Shown one piece after another: positions 20,187 through 28,644 of a stretch of DNA of 64,000 bases (position 1 is its first letter; each line of letters begins with the position of its first letter). A program made the position numbers and the translations under genes. The stretch is from Obrimoposthia wandeli. Lineage: Eukaryota. The stretch lies in the NCBI GenBank assembly GCA_977020255.1, contig CDROCS010001101.1, positions 186,001 to 250,000 on the forward strand. The letters run 5' to 3'. Below the pieces are notes generated by a model that was not told the origin of the DNA, ran no database searches, and saw only the letters and a program-made list of their open reading frames with translations.

Positions 20187-20795
20187 ATGTCGAATATTAA
20201 TGTCTGTAATAAATGTGATCTCATTGTCGATCATATCCCATTAGAAAAAGGCAAGCATGCGCACTGCCCTCGCTGTAATACTCTCTTATATACCAACAAG
20301 ATTTTTTCGATCAGTACTATTTTAGCGCTTTCAATAACAGGCCTTATACTTGTAGTACTTGCTAATGTGTTCCCGATGTTTACGATCACACTGTTAGGTG
20401 TCAAAGAATCAGCAACGCTTATCCAAGGTGCGTGGGCGTTATTAGAACAGAAGTTTTATTTTGTTGGTTTATTGGTGATTTTTTGCAGTTTCATTGCCCC
20501 CTTTCTATTTCTATCTTGTCTAGCGCAAGTTTGTTTATTGTTACTAACGAAACGTAATACACCACAATTGATTTTATTACTTAAGCTCATAAACTTTACG
20601 ACCAAATGGAGCATGTTAGAAGTTTACCTTGTTAGCTTTTTGATTGCGGTATTTAAGCTCTCTGATATTGCTGACATTGAGTTACAACTCGGATTATTGA
20701 GTTTTGTCTCACTTATGTTCATTTCAAGCCTTATTATGTATGGACTTAACCTGGAACTTTTCTGGCAAAAGATGGAGCGAAATGCAAAACGCTAA
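20187..20795 (+). CDS. PqiA/LetA(YebS) family, N-terminal half
   Basis: CNKC..CPRC Zn motif, then TM helices with KWSMLEVYLVS. Confidence 0.85.
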   Translation: MSNINVCNKCDLIVDHIPLEKGKHAHCPRCNTLLYTNKIFSISTILALSITGLILVVLANVFPMFTITLLGVKESATLIQGAWALLEQKFYFVGLLVIFCSFIAPFLFLSCLAQVCLLLLTKRNTPQLILLLKLINFTTKWSMLEVYLVSFLIAVFKLSDIADIELQLGLLSFVSLMFISSLIMYGLNLELFWQKMERNAKR

Positions 20796-21405
20796 AGAAA
20801 ATAAAATAGCCCAGTGCCAAGAGTGTCATCTCCTTATTAAGGTGGAGGAAGATGTTAAACGTCAGCGCTGTCCGCGTTGCTTTACACAGGTTGACTTTAG
20901 AATTCCGCGGAGCATTCAAAAAACGTGGGCATTTTTGATCTCTGCCATGATCATGATGATACCGGCCAATTTTTTACCTATTAGCACGTTAACGAGTACT
21001 GGCAACGCTACTCCGGATACCATCATGTCCGGTACTATCGCGTTAGCAAAAAGTGATAATCTAGGTATCGCGATTATTATTTTTATCGCCTCTATTCTAG
21101 TACCCTTATTTAAAATCATTGGTTTAATGCTTATTTTGTTGTCTGTACAAAACAAGATTTTTATTACACCAAAACGAAAATTAATATTATTTAATGCCAT
21201 TCATTGGATCGGAAAATGGTCCATTATGGATTTGTTTGTTATATCGATTATGGTCGCGGTGATCAACCGAGGTAATTTACTCTCTGTTGATGTCGGATAT
21301 GGAGCAACTTGCTTTGGTCTGGTTGTTGTTTTAACAATCTTAGCTGCAGAAAGTTTTGATACACGTTTAATTTGGGATTTAAACCATAAAAATGAAAGAA
21401 AATAA
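20782..21405 (+). CDS. PqiA/LetA(YebS) family, C-terminal half
   Basis: ATG at 20782 with GGAG upstream. CQEC..CPRC, SIQKTWAFL, IGKWSIMDLFV, FDTRLIWD. Confidence 0.85.
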   Translation: MQNAKENKIAQCQECHLLIKVEEDVKRQRCPRCFTQVDFRIPRSIQKTWAFLISAMIMMIPANFLPISTLTSTGNATPDTIMSGTIALAKSDNLGIAIIIFIASILVPLFKIIGLMLILLSVQNKIFITPKRKLILFNAIHWIGKWSIMDLFVISIMVAVINRGNLLSVDVGYGATCFGLVVVLTILAAESFDTRLIWDLNHKNERK

Positions 21406-24097
21406 CGAACCACAAATGCCGGAAAATTGTAATGCGCCTAAGCCTGTATTACATAAACCGAATGTGATGTCACCTATCTGGTTGTTGCCCATCGTCGCCG
21501 TTGTTCTTGGGCTTTACCTCATGTACCAAAGTATTACTCAGGCAGGTATTGAGATCCGCGTACATTTTGATAATGCTAATGGTATTGTTGAAGGTAAAAC
21601 GCTGATCAAATACCAAGGTTTGAATATTGGTAAAGTAAAGCAGATTGCATTAGATGACGATCTTAAAGGTATCTACGTCACAGCAGAAGTAGACAGCAAA
21701 GCAGAACAGGTATTACGCAGCAATACACAGTTCTGGTTAGTAGCACCGAAAGCGTCAATTGCTGGCATTTCAGGTCTTGATGCTCTTGTGACAGGTAACT
21801 ACATCAACTTATCACCGGGTGATGGTGAATACAGCGTTGAATTTGATGCCGTTAAAACTGCGCCAAATACATTACCTGACGATAAGGGGTTGATTGTACG
21901 ACTTACAGCAGACAAGCTTGCATCTGTTCGTCCTGGTTCGGAAATATTTTATAAAAAGATCCCTGTTGGTCAAGTACACAGTTTCGTACTCGACAAAAAA
22001 ACCGATGACATATTAGTAGAAGCAGTCATAAAGCAGCAATATAGCTACCTAGTAAAAGACTCTTCACGTTTTTGGAATGCCAGTGGCATCAATGCAGAAT
22101 TTGGCTTTGATGGTATTAATATCCAAACTGAAAGTCTCACGGCCATTATCAGTGGTGCGTTGGCATTCGACTCTCCAGCAGATGGTAACCAAGCAGAAAA
22201 TAATCAAGCTTATAAACTCTATAGCAGTATCAGTAATGCCGAGCGCGCCGTTCAAATAGAACTTAACCTCAGCAATACCAACGATATTAAAGCGGGTAAC
22301 AATATCTATTTAAACGGCCAGCAAGTCGGTGAAGTTACCCAAGTAATTAGCCAATCGACTGATCCCGCAACAAATAAAACAACATCGCTTGCAAAAGCGT
22401 TTGCCGATGTTGACCCTGAAATCGTTGAGTTATTACGTGACGGCACACAGTTCTGGGTTGAAAAAGCTAACCTGTCGTTATCAGATATTAAAAATGTAGG
22501 AAATCTTGTTACTGGTAATTATATTCTCTTTACCCCAGGACAAGGCGAGCTCCAAACAACGTTTGATTTAGTGTCTAACGTTGATGATCTTATTCCTCAC
22601 CAGAAAATCGCCATTTCAGCAAGCGATGCTAATGGTTTAGCGGTTGGTAATAAGATCTATTATAAGAATTATCCGGTAGGTCATATTAGCCGCGTGACGT
22701 TTAATACTAAAACCAACTTAATTGATTTAAATGTCAATATCTACCAAGACTATGCTCATCTACTGCGCCGTTCAACACGCTTTATTAATATCAGTGGTGT
22801 CTCAGTTGATGCGAGTGTTACTGGTCTGAATATCAAGTCAGCGCCTATTGCGGCCTTGGTTAGTGGCGGTATCGAACTGGTTAATGACGCAGTGTTTAAA
22901 CCAAAGGGTCGTGATCAACAATACCAACTATATCCTTCTCTAGCGCTTGCCAAGTTAGGCAGTAATGCATTTAAAGCCAACAAGAAAATTACCCTATTGA
23001 GTAAACCAAGTCATGTGATCTCAAGTGGTGCTCCGGTTTACTACCGCAAACTTGAAGTGGGTTCAGTCGCCGACTTTAAATTAGCTGCTGACAATGAACA
23101 TGTTGTTATTACGCTAGATATACAGAGTCAGTACGCCCACTTAATCAATGAGAACAGTGTATTTTGGGACGTATCAGGTATTGATATCTCGGGTAGTTTA
23201 AGTAACTTAAAGGTGCAAACAGAGTCCTTGCTTACTATCGCTGCTGGTGGTATTAATTTTGATAATATTAAACCAGTGAATAAAAATAAAGTACGACTGT
23301 CTAAATCGAAAACCACGCATTATAAACTATTCCGTAGTTTAGCAGCCGCTACCGATGATCGCCCGACGGTGACACTTACCTTTACGTCAGGCTCTGACAT
23401 TCATGTCGGCACTGAAATTAAACATAAAGGCATCAAAGTCGGTGAGATTAGTGAGATTAAATTAAATGTCGAGCAAGGTTTTATCGAGGCTAAAGCTAAG
23501 TTAGAAACCGATTACGCCAACCATTTCGCACGACAAGGCAGCCAATATTGGTTGGAAAGTATTGAAGTCGGATTGGAAGGTATCAAAAACGCCAATACGC
23601 TAATATCTGGTGCCTATATTAATGTAACGAAGGGCCAAGGTAACCGCCTCACTCGTTTTAAAGTGTTGAATGGCGCGCCTGAAATTGCCGCTGAACATGT
23701 TGGTCTATCTATCACTGTTATCAGTAAACGGTTAATGGGATTAACAGCTGGCACACCGGTTTACTTCCGTCAAATTGAAGTGGGTTCAGTGACTCACTCT
23801 GAATTGTCGGAGCAGAGCGATAAAGTCCTTATCACCCTGAATATTGAACCTAAATACCAACACCTAGTCCGCGATAATAGTCAGTTCTGGGCGGTATCAG
23901 GTTTCAATGTTGATATTGGTCTTACTGGTGCAACGTTAAAAGCAGAATCATTAAAAACGATCCTAGCCGGTGGTATTGCCTTTGCGACACCAAACTCAAC
24001 GAATGGCAGTGCGCCAGCAGCCCCCTTTAGTCGATTCAATTTGGCTCAAGAAGTGAATGCCGATTGGCTAGACTGGGATACCAAAATAGCTAAATAA
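21392..24097 (+). CDS. letB: Multi-MCE-domain lipid transport protein LetB (YebT)
   Basis: MSPIWLLP TM anchor. Repeated MCE motifs (YQGLNIGKV, YKKIPVGQV, YKNYPVGHI, YRKLEVGSV, HKGIKVGEI, FRQIEVGSV). Lies between the yebS halves and rsmF. Confidence 0.88.
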   Translation: MKENNEPQMPENCNAPKPVLHKPNVMSPIWLLPIVAVVLGLYLMYQSITQAGIEIRVHFDNANGIVEGKTLIKYQGLNIGKVKQIALDDDLKGIYVTAEVDSKAEQVLRSNTQFWLVAPKASIAGISGLDALVTGNYINLSPGDGEYSVEFDAVKTAPNTLPDDKGLIVRLTADKLASVRPGSEIFYKKIPVGQVHSFVLDKKTDDILVEAVIKQQYSYLVKDSSRFWNASGINAEFGFDGINIQTESLTAIISGALAFDSPADGNQAENNQAYKLYSSISNAERAVQIELNLSNTNDIKAGNNIYLNGQQVGEVTQVISQSTDPATNKTTSLAKAFADVDPEIVELLRDGTQFWVEKANLSLSDIKNVGNLVTGNYILFTPGQGELQTTFDLVSNVDDLIPHQKIAISASDANGLAVGNKIYYKNYPVGHISRVTFNTKTNLIDLNVNIYQDYAHLLRRSTRFINISGVSVDASVTGLNIKSAPIAALVSGGIELVNDAVFKPKGRDQQYQLYPSLALAKLGSNAFKANKKITLLSKPSHVISSGAPVYYRKLEVGSVADFKLAADNEHVVITLDIQSQYAHLINENSVFWDVSGIDISGSLSNLKVQTESLLTIAAGGINFDNIKPVNKNKVRLSKSKTTHYKLFRSLAAATDDRPTVTLTFTSGSDIHVGTEIKHKGIKVGEISEIKLNVEQGFIEAKAKLETDYANHFARQGSQYWLESIEVGLEGIKNANTLISGAYINVTKGQGNRLTRFKVLNGAPEIAAEHVGLSITVISKRLMGLTAGTPVYFRQIEVGSVTHSELSEQSDKVLITLNIEPKYQHLVRDNSQFWAVSGFNVDIGLTGATLKAESLKTILAGGIAFATPNSTNGSAPAAPFSRFNLAQEVNADWLDWDTKIAK

Positions 24098-24140
24098 GCT
24101 CATTTATAAACAGACGAAACGAACACAACAAGCCTATCAA

Positions 24141-24179
24141 ACCAGCTACTTCAATAATCCTAACTTTGAAGTAGCTGGT
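24141..24179. terminator. 14-bp perfect hairpin between letB and rsmF
   Basis: ACCAGCTACTTCAA-11 nt-TTGAAGTAGCTGGT. There is no clear U-tract, so it may be a stabiliser or processing site rather than a terminator. Confidence 0.5.
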
Positions 24180-24223
24180 GGATATGATAAAATACCCCCC
24201 TATTTTTCAATCGAGCTTGTAAA

Positions 24224-25684
24224 GTGCATTCTAATATCAAACTGCCTGAAGATTACCTGACATTAATGGGTAACATTATCCCCGATCATCTTTCTATGGA
24301 TGACTTTATTGCTTGTTGTAAGACACCATTGAAAACCAGTGTTCGTGTTAATACACTTAAGATCTCAGTTGAAGAATTTAAACAATTAGCCAAAACTAAA
24401 CAGTGGTTATTAACCCCTATCCCTTGGTGTTTAGAAGGTTTTTGGTTAGAGCAAGAAAATACAGAAACAAAACTCGGTAACAGCTGGGAACATATCGCAG
24501 GGCTTTTTTATATTCAAGAAGCCAGCTCAATGTTACCTGTTACTGCGTTATTCAAAACACAAGTCACTGATGCTGCTGCGCAATACGACACGATCTTAGA
24601 TTGTGCTTCTGCACCGGGTTCTAAAACCAGTCAGATAGCTGCACACTGTAATAACAACAATTTCGTCGTTGCCAATGAGCTATCTTCAAGCCGTTTAAAA
24701 GTGCTTAGTGCGAATATCCAGCGCTGTGGTATTAAAAACATCGCCCTTAGCCACTATGATGCCAACGTATTTGGTACTTGGTTACCGGAAATGTTTGATG
24801 CCGTATTACTCGATGCACCTTGTTCTGGTGAAGGCGCGATCCGTAAAGACGACAAAGCTATGCTTAACTGGTCGTTAAAAAGCATCAATGACATTGCTGA
24901 CATTCAAAAAGACTTAATTGAAAGTGCATTTAAAGCGTTAAAACCAGGTGGTACGTTAATCTATTCAACCTGCACATTAAATGAAACAGAAAACCAAGCT
25001 GTTTGCCAACACTTACTAGACTTGTATCCTGATCACGCAGAGGTTGTGCCGCTTAACGATTTATTCCCAACAGCGAATAATTGTTTAACTGCAGAAGGCT
25101 TCTTGCACGTATGGCCGCAAATTTATGACAGTGAAGGTTTCTTCGTTGCGAAGTTTACTAAAAAAGAAACGCAAAATTTACGTCCGATTAAAAAGAAAAA
25201 ACGTTTAATCTTTCCATTCAGCCCTGTAAGCCGTGACGAAAATGACGCTATCCGCGATTATTTCCGTGATGCATTTAGCTTTGAATTTGAGAGCGGTGTT
25301 TTCTATCATCGCGATAGCGAAATCTGGTTATTCCCGAAAGAGTTCCCAGCGTTCATTGGTAAGTTTAAATTTGATCGTATCGGTATCAAAATAGCCGAGA
25401 AATTCAAAAAAGGTTTCCGCGCTCAACATGAATGGGCTCGTACTTTCGGTCATCATTGTGATAAAAACACGGTGTCACTGAATATAGAACAAGCAAAACA
25501 ATACATCATGGGCCGTGATATTAATTTCTCTGATATCGAGATTGAAGATTTAGATGCCCTACAAGGTGAACTTGTTGTATTACTTGAAGGCAGTGTGCTT
25601 GGTTTAGGTAAGCGAGTTAATCAACGCTTGAAAAATAATTACCCACGCGACCTAGTACGTGATAACAACTTGTTTAATGAATAA
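24224..25684 (+). CDS. rsmF: 16S rRNA m5C1407 methyltransferase RsmF
   Basis: YIQEASSMLP, APGSKT, LLDAPCSGEG, YSTCTL, WPQIYDSEGFFVA. GTG start. Confidence 0.95.
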   Translation: MHSNIKLPEDYLTLMGNIIPDHLSMDDFIACCKTPLKTSVRVNTLKISVEEFKQLAKTKQWLLTPIPWCLEGFWLEQENTETKLGNSWEHIAGLFYIQEASSMLPVTALFKTQVTDAAAQYDTILDCASAPGSKTSQIAAHCNNNNFVVANELSSSRLKVLSANIQRCGIKNIALSHYDANVFGTWLPEMFDAVLLDAPCSGEGAIRKDDKAMLNWSLKSINDIADIQKDLIESAFKALKPGGTLIYSTCTLNETENQAVCQHLLDLYPDHAEVVPLNDLFPTANNCLTAEGFLHVWPQIYDSEGFFVAKFTKKETQNLRPIKKKKRLIFPFSPVSRDENDAIRDYFRDAFSFEFESGVFYHRDSEIWLFPKEFPAFIGKFKFDRIGIKIAEKFKKGFRAQHEWARTFGHHCDKNTVSLNIEQAKQYIMGRDINFSDIEIEDLDALQGELVVLLEGSVLGLGKRVNQRLKNNYPRDLVRDNNLFNE

Positions 25685-25729
25685 AGAGTTAATGAATAAC
25701 TGATTTAACAAATAAGGCATTTGTTAATG

Positions 25730-25762
25730 AATTAAGACCCCATCGATAGTGGGTTCTTAATT
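25730..25762 (+). terminator. Terminator after rsmF
   Basis: AATTAAGACCCC-ATCGATAGT-GGGTTCTTAATT followed by T. Confidence 0.6.
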
Positions 25763-25915
25763 TGCTCAAGCGCACAATAAAATGACGGTAATTTGATATA
25801 TGTAAATAATTTACTATATTTAAATACACGTTCATACCAATTTCCCTAAGCTCATTACAAGGATTTGTACTGGGCTTTTTTTTATTTTTTTTATATTTAT
25901 TAAAATATAACTAAG

Positions 25916-25948
25916 CTTGAAAATACGTTTCTAATTATTCCCGCTAAT
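25916..25948 (+). promoter_or_regulatory. Possible sigma32-type promoter upstream of the DUF2760/Hsp70 cluster
   Basis: Perfect -35 CTTGAAA, 17-nt spacer, degenerate -10 CCCGCTAAT (consensus CCCCATnT). Confidence 0.3.
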
Positions 25949-26092
25949 ATGGCTACTCTTTGTTCCTAACTACAAATGATTTGTACCTAACTACAGGCTA
26001 AATAAGCAAAAAAATCACATTATACTCCGCAACATAAATAACTATGATAAAATCGCCGATAATATTGATTTATACAAACTTGAGTAAAATAT

Positions 26093-26737
26093 ATGAACTT
26101 CGACCTTACAAATATCTCTGAACTACCTGCTGGCCCTGACGCAGCGCACATTGCTTTATTCGCGCTTTCCGTGATCCTGTTACTACTCACTCTCATTCGA
26201 GGCGGTAAAAAAACAGTTGAAATAGAAAAGATTGTTGAAAAAGAAATAGAAGTTAAAGTGGAAGTAGAAAAAATTGTAGAGGTAATCAAACACGTTGACG
26301 TTGAGAAAATCGTTGAAGTTGAAAAGATTGTCGAAATCAAAGCCCCACTACAAGAAGCAAGCCCTGCAGCCGCTTGCCAGCTTTTATCATTACTCCAAAA
26401 TGAAGCGCGTTTCGTTGACTTCATTCAAGAAGATTTAACCGGTGCATCGGATGAACAAATTGGTGCAGCAGCACGCATCATCCACACTGGCAGCAAAAAA
26501 GTAATCAATGAATACTTTAGCTTCACGCCAATCCGCACTGAAGAAGAAGAAAGCCAAGTAACCGTTGCTGAAGGTTTTAACCCATCAGAAATAAAACTGA
26601 TTGGTAACGTATTAGGTTCTGCACCTTACCGTGGCATTTTAGTACACGCTGGTTGGAAAATCAGTAATGTAAACTTACCTAAATTAGCACAAGGCCATAA
26701 CGCAAATATCGTTGCGCCAGCAGAGGTAGAACTATGA
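26093..26737 (+). CDS. DUF2760-family protein with N-terminal TM helix and VEKIVE repeats (putative GrpE-like)
   Basis: TM AHIALFALSVILLLLTLI; four (V/I)EKIVE repeats; QLLSLLQNEARFVDFIQEDL...GFNPSEIKLIG...GILVHAGW...APAEVEL. The stop overlaps the next ATG (ATGA). Confidence 0.8.
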   Translation: MNFDLTNISELPAGPDAAHIALFALSVILLLLTLIRGGKKTVEIEKIVEKEIEVKVEVEKIVEVIKHVDVEKIVEVEKIVEIKAPLQEASPAAACQLLSLLQNEARFVDFIQEDLTGASDEQIGAAARIIHTGSKKVINEYFSFTPIRTEEEESQVTVAEGFNPSEIKLIGNVLGSAPYRGILVHAGWKISNVNLPKLAQGHNANIVAPAEVEL

Positions 26738-28563
26738 GCGACACGACGATGAGCGACATAGCAGCAAGATACAGTATTGGTATCGATTTAGGTACAACAC
26801 ACTGTGTATTATCGTATATCGATTTAGAGCAAGAAGGTGATAAAGCGGTTAAGCAATTGTTTGCTATTCCGCAGCTATCTGCACCGGGTTCAGTAACAGA
26901 AAAACATCAACTGCCATCTTTTGTCTATCAAGCACATGAAGATGAGATAAGTAAAGATCAAACGCCATTACCTTGGAACGCTGAAAATACTGTGCTTGTG
27001 GGTGATGTAGCACGTAAATTGGGTCTTAAAACACCGATCCGTTTAGTCTCTAGCGCAAAAAGCTGGTTAAGCCATGCAACAGTAAGCCCGCATGATGCAA
27101 TCTTACCGTTCTCAAGCCCTGATGAAGTTGAAAAGATCTCACCAGTAACTGCGACATCACTGTATTTACGCCATTTAGCGGATGCTTGGAACAATGCACA
27201 TCCTGACTCTCCTATGTCAGAACAAGATGTAACGATCACTATTCCTGCATCGTTCGATCCTGCAGCGCGAAACTTAACGGCGCAAGCCGCACAAGATTTA
27301 AATCTTAAGCATTTAAACCTGCTTGAAGAACCACAAGCTGCCGTATATAGCTGGTTAGAAGCATGCGGTGATGAATGGCGTGAGCAAGTTAATGTTGGCG
27401 ATACGATCTTGGTGGTTGATATTGGTGGTGGTACGACCGATTTATCATTAATTTCTGTGGAAGAATTAGAAGGTAACTTAACATTATCACGCGTAGCTGT
27501 AGGTGAACACATCCTACTCGGCGGTGATAATATGGATCTTGCCCTCGCTTATCGTCTAAAAATGAAATTGATGCAAGAAGGTAAGCAATTACAACCTTGG
27601 CAAATTCAAGCGATCACACACGCTTGTCGTGATGCAAAAGAACAGCTGCTATCTGACAATGACATTGATGTAATGCCAATTGTCATCCCTAGCCGAGGTT
27701 CAAAACTGATTGCAGGTACAATGCAAACAGAGCTAACGCGTGAAGAAGTGAAGCAAACTATTTTAGATGGTTTCTTCCCTGCGACTGAAGTGTCAGAAAT
27801 GCCACAGCAAAGCACACGTTCTGCATTGACACAAATTGGCTTACCGTATGCACAAGATGCGGCGATCACCAAACACATCGCTCATTTCTTGAATAAGCAG
27901 CATGACGCATTAGCATCAGATGCTGGTGACTTCATTAAGCCAACAGCGGTATTGTTTAACGGTGGTGTATTTAAATCAAATGCAATCAGCGAAAAACTAA
28001 TCGGTATTATTAACGATTGGTTAATTGCGGCTGACGTTGAACAAGAAGCGAAACTATTAACCGGTATCGATCTTGATCTTGCTGTAGCGAATGGCGCTTG
28101 TTACCACGGCTATGCTAAGCAAGGCAAAGGCGTTCGTATTAAAGGCGGCTTAGCAAGTTCATATTATGTCGGTGTTGAAAGTTCTATGCCTGCAATCCCA
28201 GGTTTTGAAGCGCCACTTGAAGCGGTATGTATCGCTCCGTTTGGTCTTGAAGAAGGCACCAATGTTAATGTAACAACGCACCAGTTTGGCTTAGTTGTTG
28301 GTCAACCGGTTAAATTTAAGTTCTTTGGCTCAACAATACGTCGCGAAGATGTTGTTGGTACTCACCTTGATTTCTGGCAGCCAGATGATCTGGAACAATT
28401 ACCAGACATCGAAGTGACGCTTGATTCAGCGAACCGTAATAGTGGTGATGTTGTGCCAGTATCGTTATCTGTAACTGTAACAGAAGTAGGTACACTTAAA
28501 GTTGAAGCACTTGCAAGTAACAGTGACGAAACTTGGGAAATTGAACTAACTGTTCGTCAATAA
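26734..28563 (+). CDS. Atypical Hsp70-family protein (NBD plus beta-domain, no helical lid)
   Basis: IGIDLGTTH, SAKSWL, TIPASF, LEEPQAA, DIGGGTTDLS, GGDNMD, LFNGG. Ends after about 140 aa of beta-rich sequence. Confidence 0.9.
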   Translation: MSDTTMSDIAARYSIGIDLGTTHCVLSYIDLEQEGDKAVKQLFAIPQLSAPGSVTEKHQLPSFVYQAHEDEISKDQTPLPWNAENTVLVGDVARKLGLKTPIRLVSSAKSWLSHATVSPHDAILPFSSPDEVEKISPVTATSLYLRHLADAWNNAHPDSPMSEQDVTITIPASFDPAARNLTAQAAQDLNLKHLNLLEEPQAAVYSWLEACGDEWREQVNVGDTILVVDIGGGTTDLSLISVEELEGNLTLSRVAVGEHILLGGDNMDLALAYRLKMKLMQEGKQLQPWQIQAITHACRDAKEQLLSDNDIDVMPIVIPSRGSKLIAGTMQTELTREEVKQTILDGFFPATEVSEMPQQSTRSALTQIGLPYAQDAAITKHIAHFLNKQHDALASDAGDFIKPTAVLFNGGVFKSNAISEKLIGIINDWLIAADVEQEAKLLTGIDLDLAVANGACYHGYAKQGKGVRIKGGLASSYYVGVESSMPAIPGFEAPLEAVCIAPFGLEEGTNVNVTTHQFGLVVGQPVKFKFFGSTIRREDVVGTHLDFWQPDDLEQLPDIEVTLDSANRNSGDVVPVSLSVTVTEVGTLKVEALASNSDETWEIELTVRQ

Positions 28564-28599
28564 TAATGACACAGTCATCATATTGATCAGTATGTACTT

Positions 28600-28626
28600 A
28601 ACTCAGGGCTCTTAGCCCTGAGTTTT
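28600..28626 (+). terminator. Strong hairpin/terminator between the two Hsp70 genes
   Basis: AACTCAGGGCT-CTT-AGCCCTGAGTT followed by TTATT. Confidence 0.75.
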
Positions 28627-28644
28627 ATTATATGGAGTTAATGA

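Noticed and set aside
27196-27207. HPD motif in Hsp70-A as a cryptic J-domain
   Set aside because: It lies inside the nucleotide-binding domain (NAHPDSP) without J-domain helices; coincidental.
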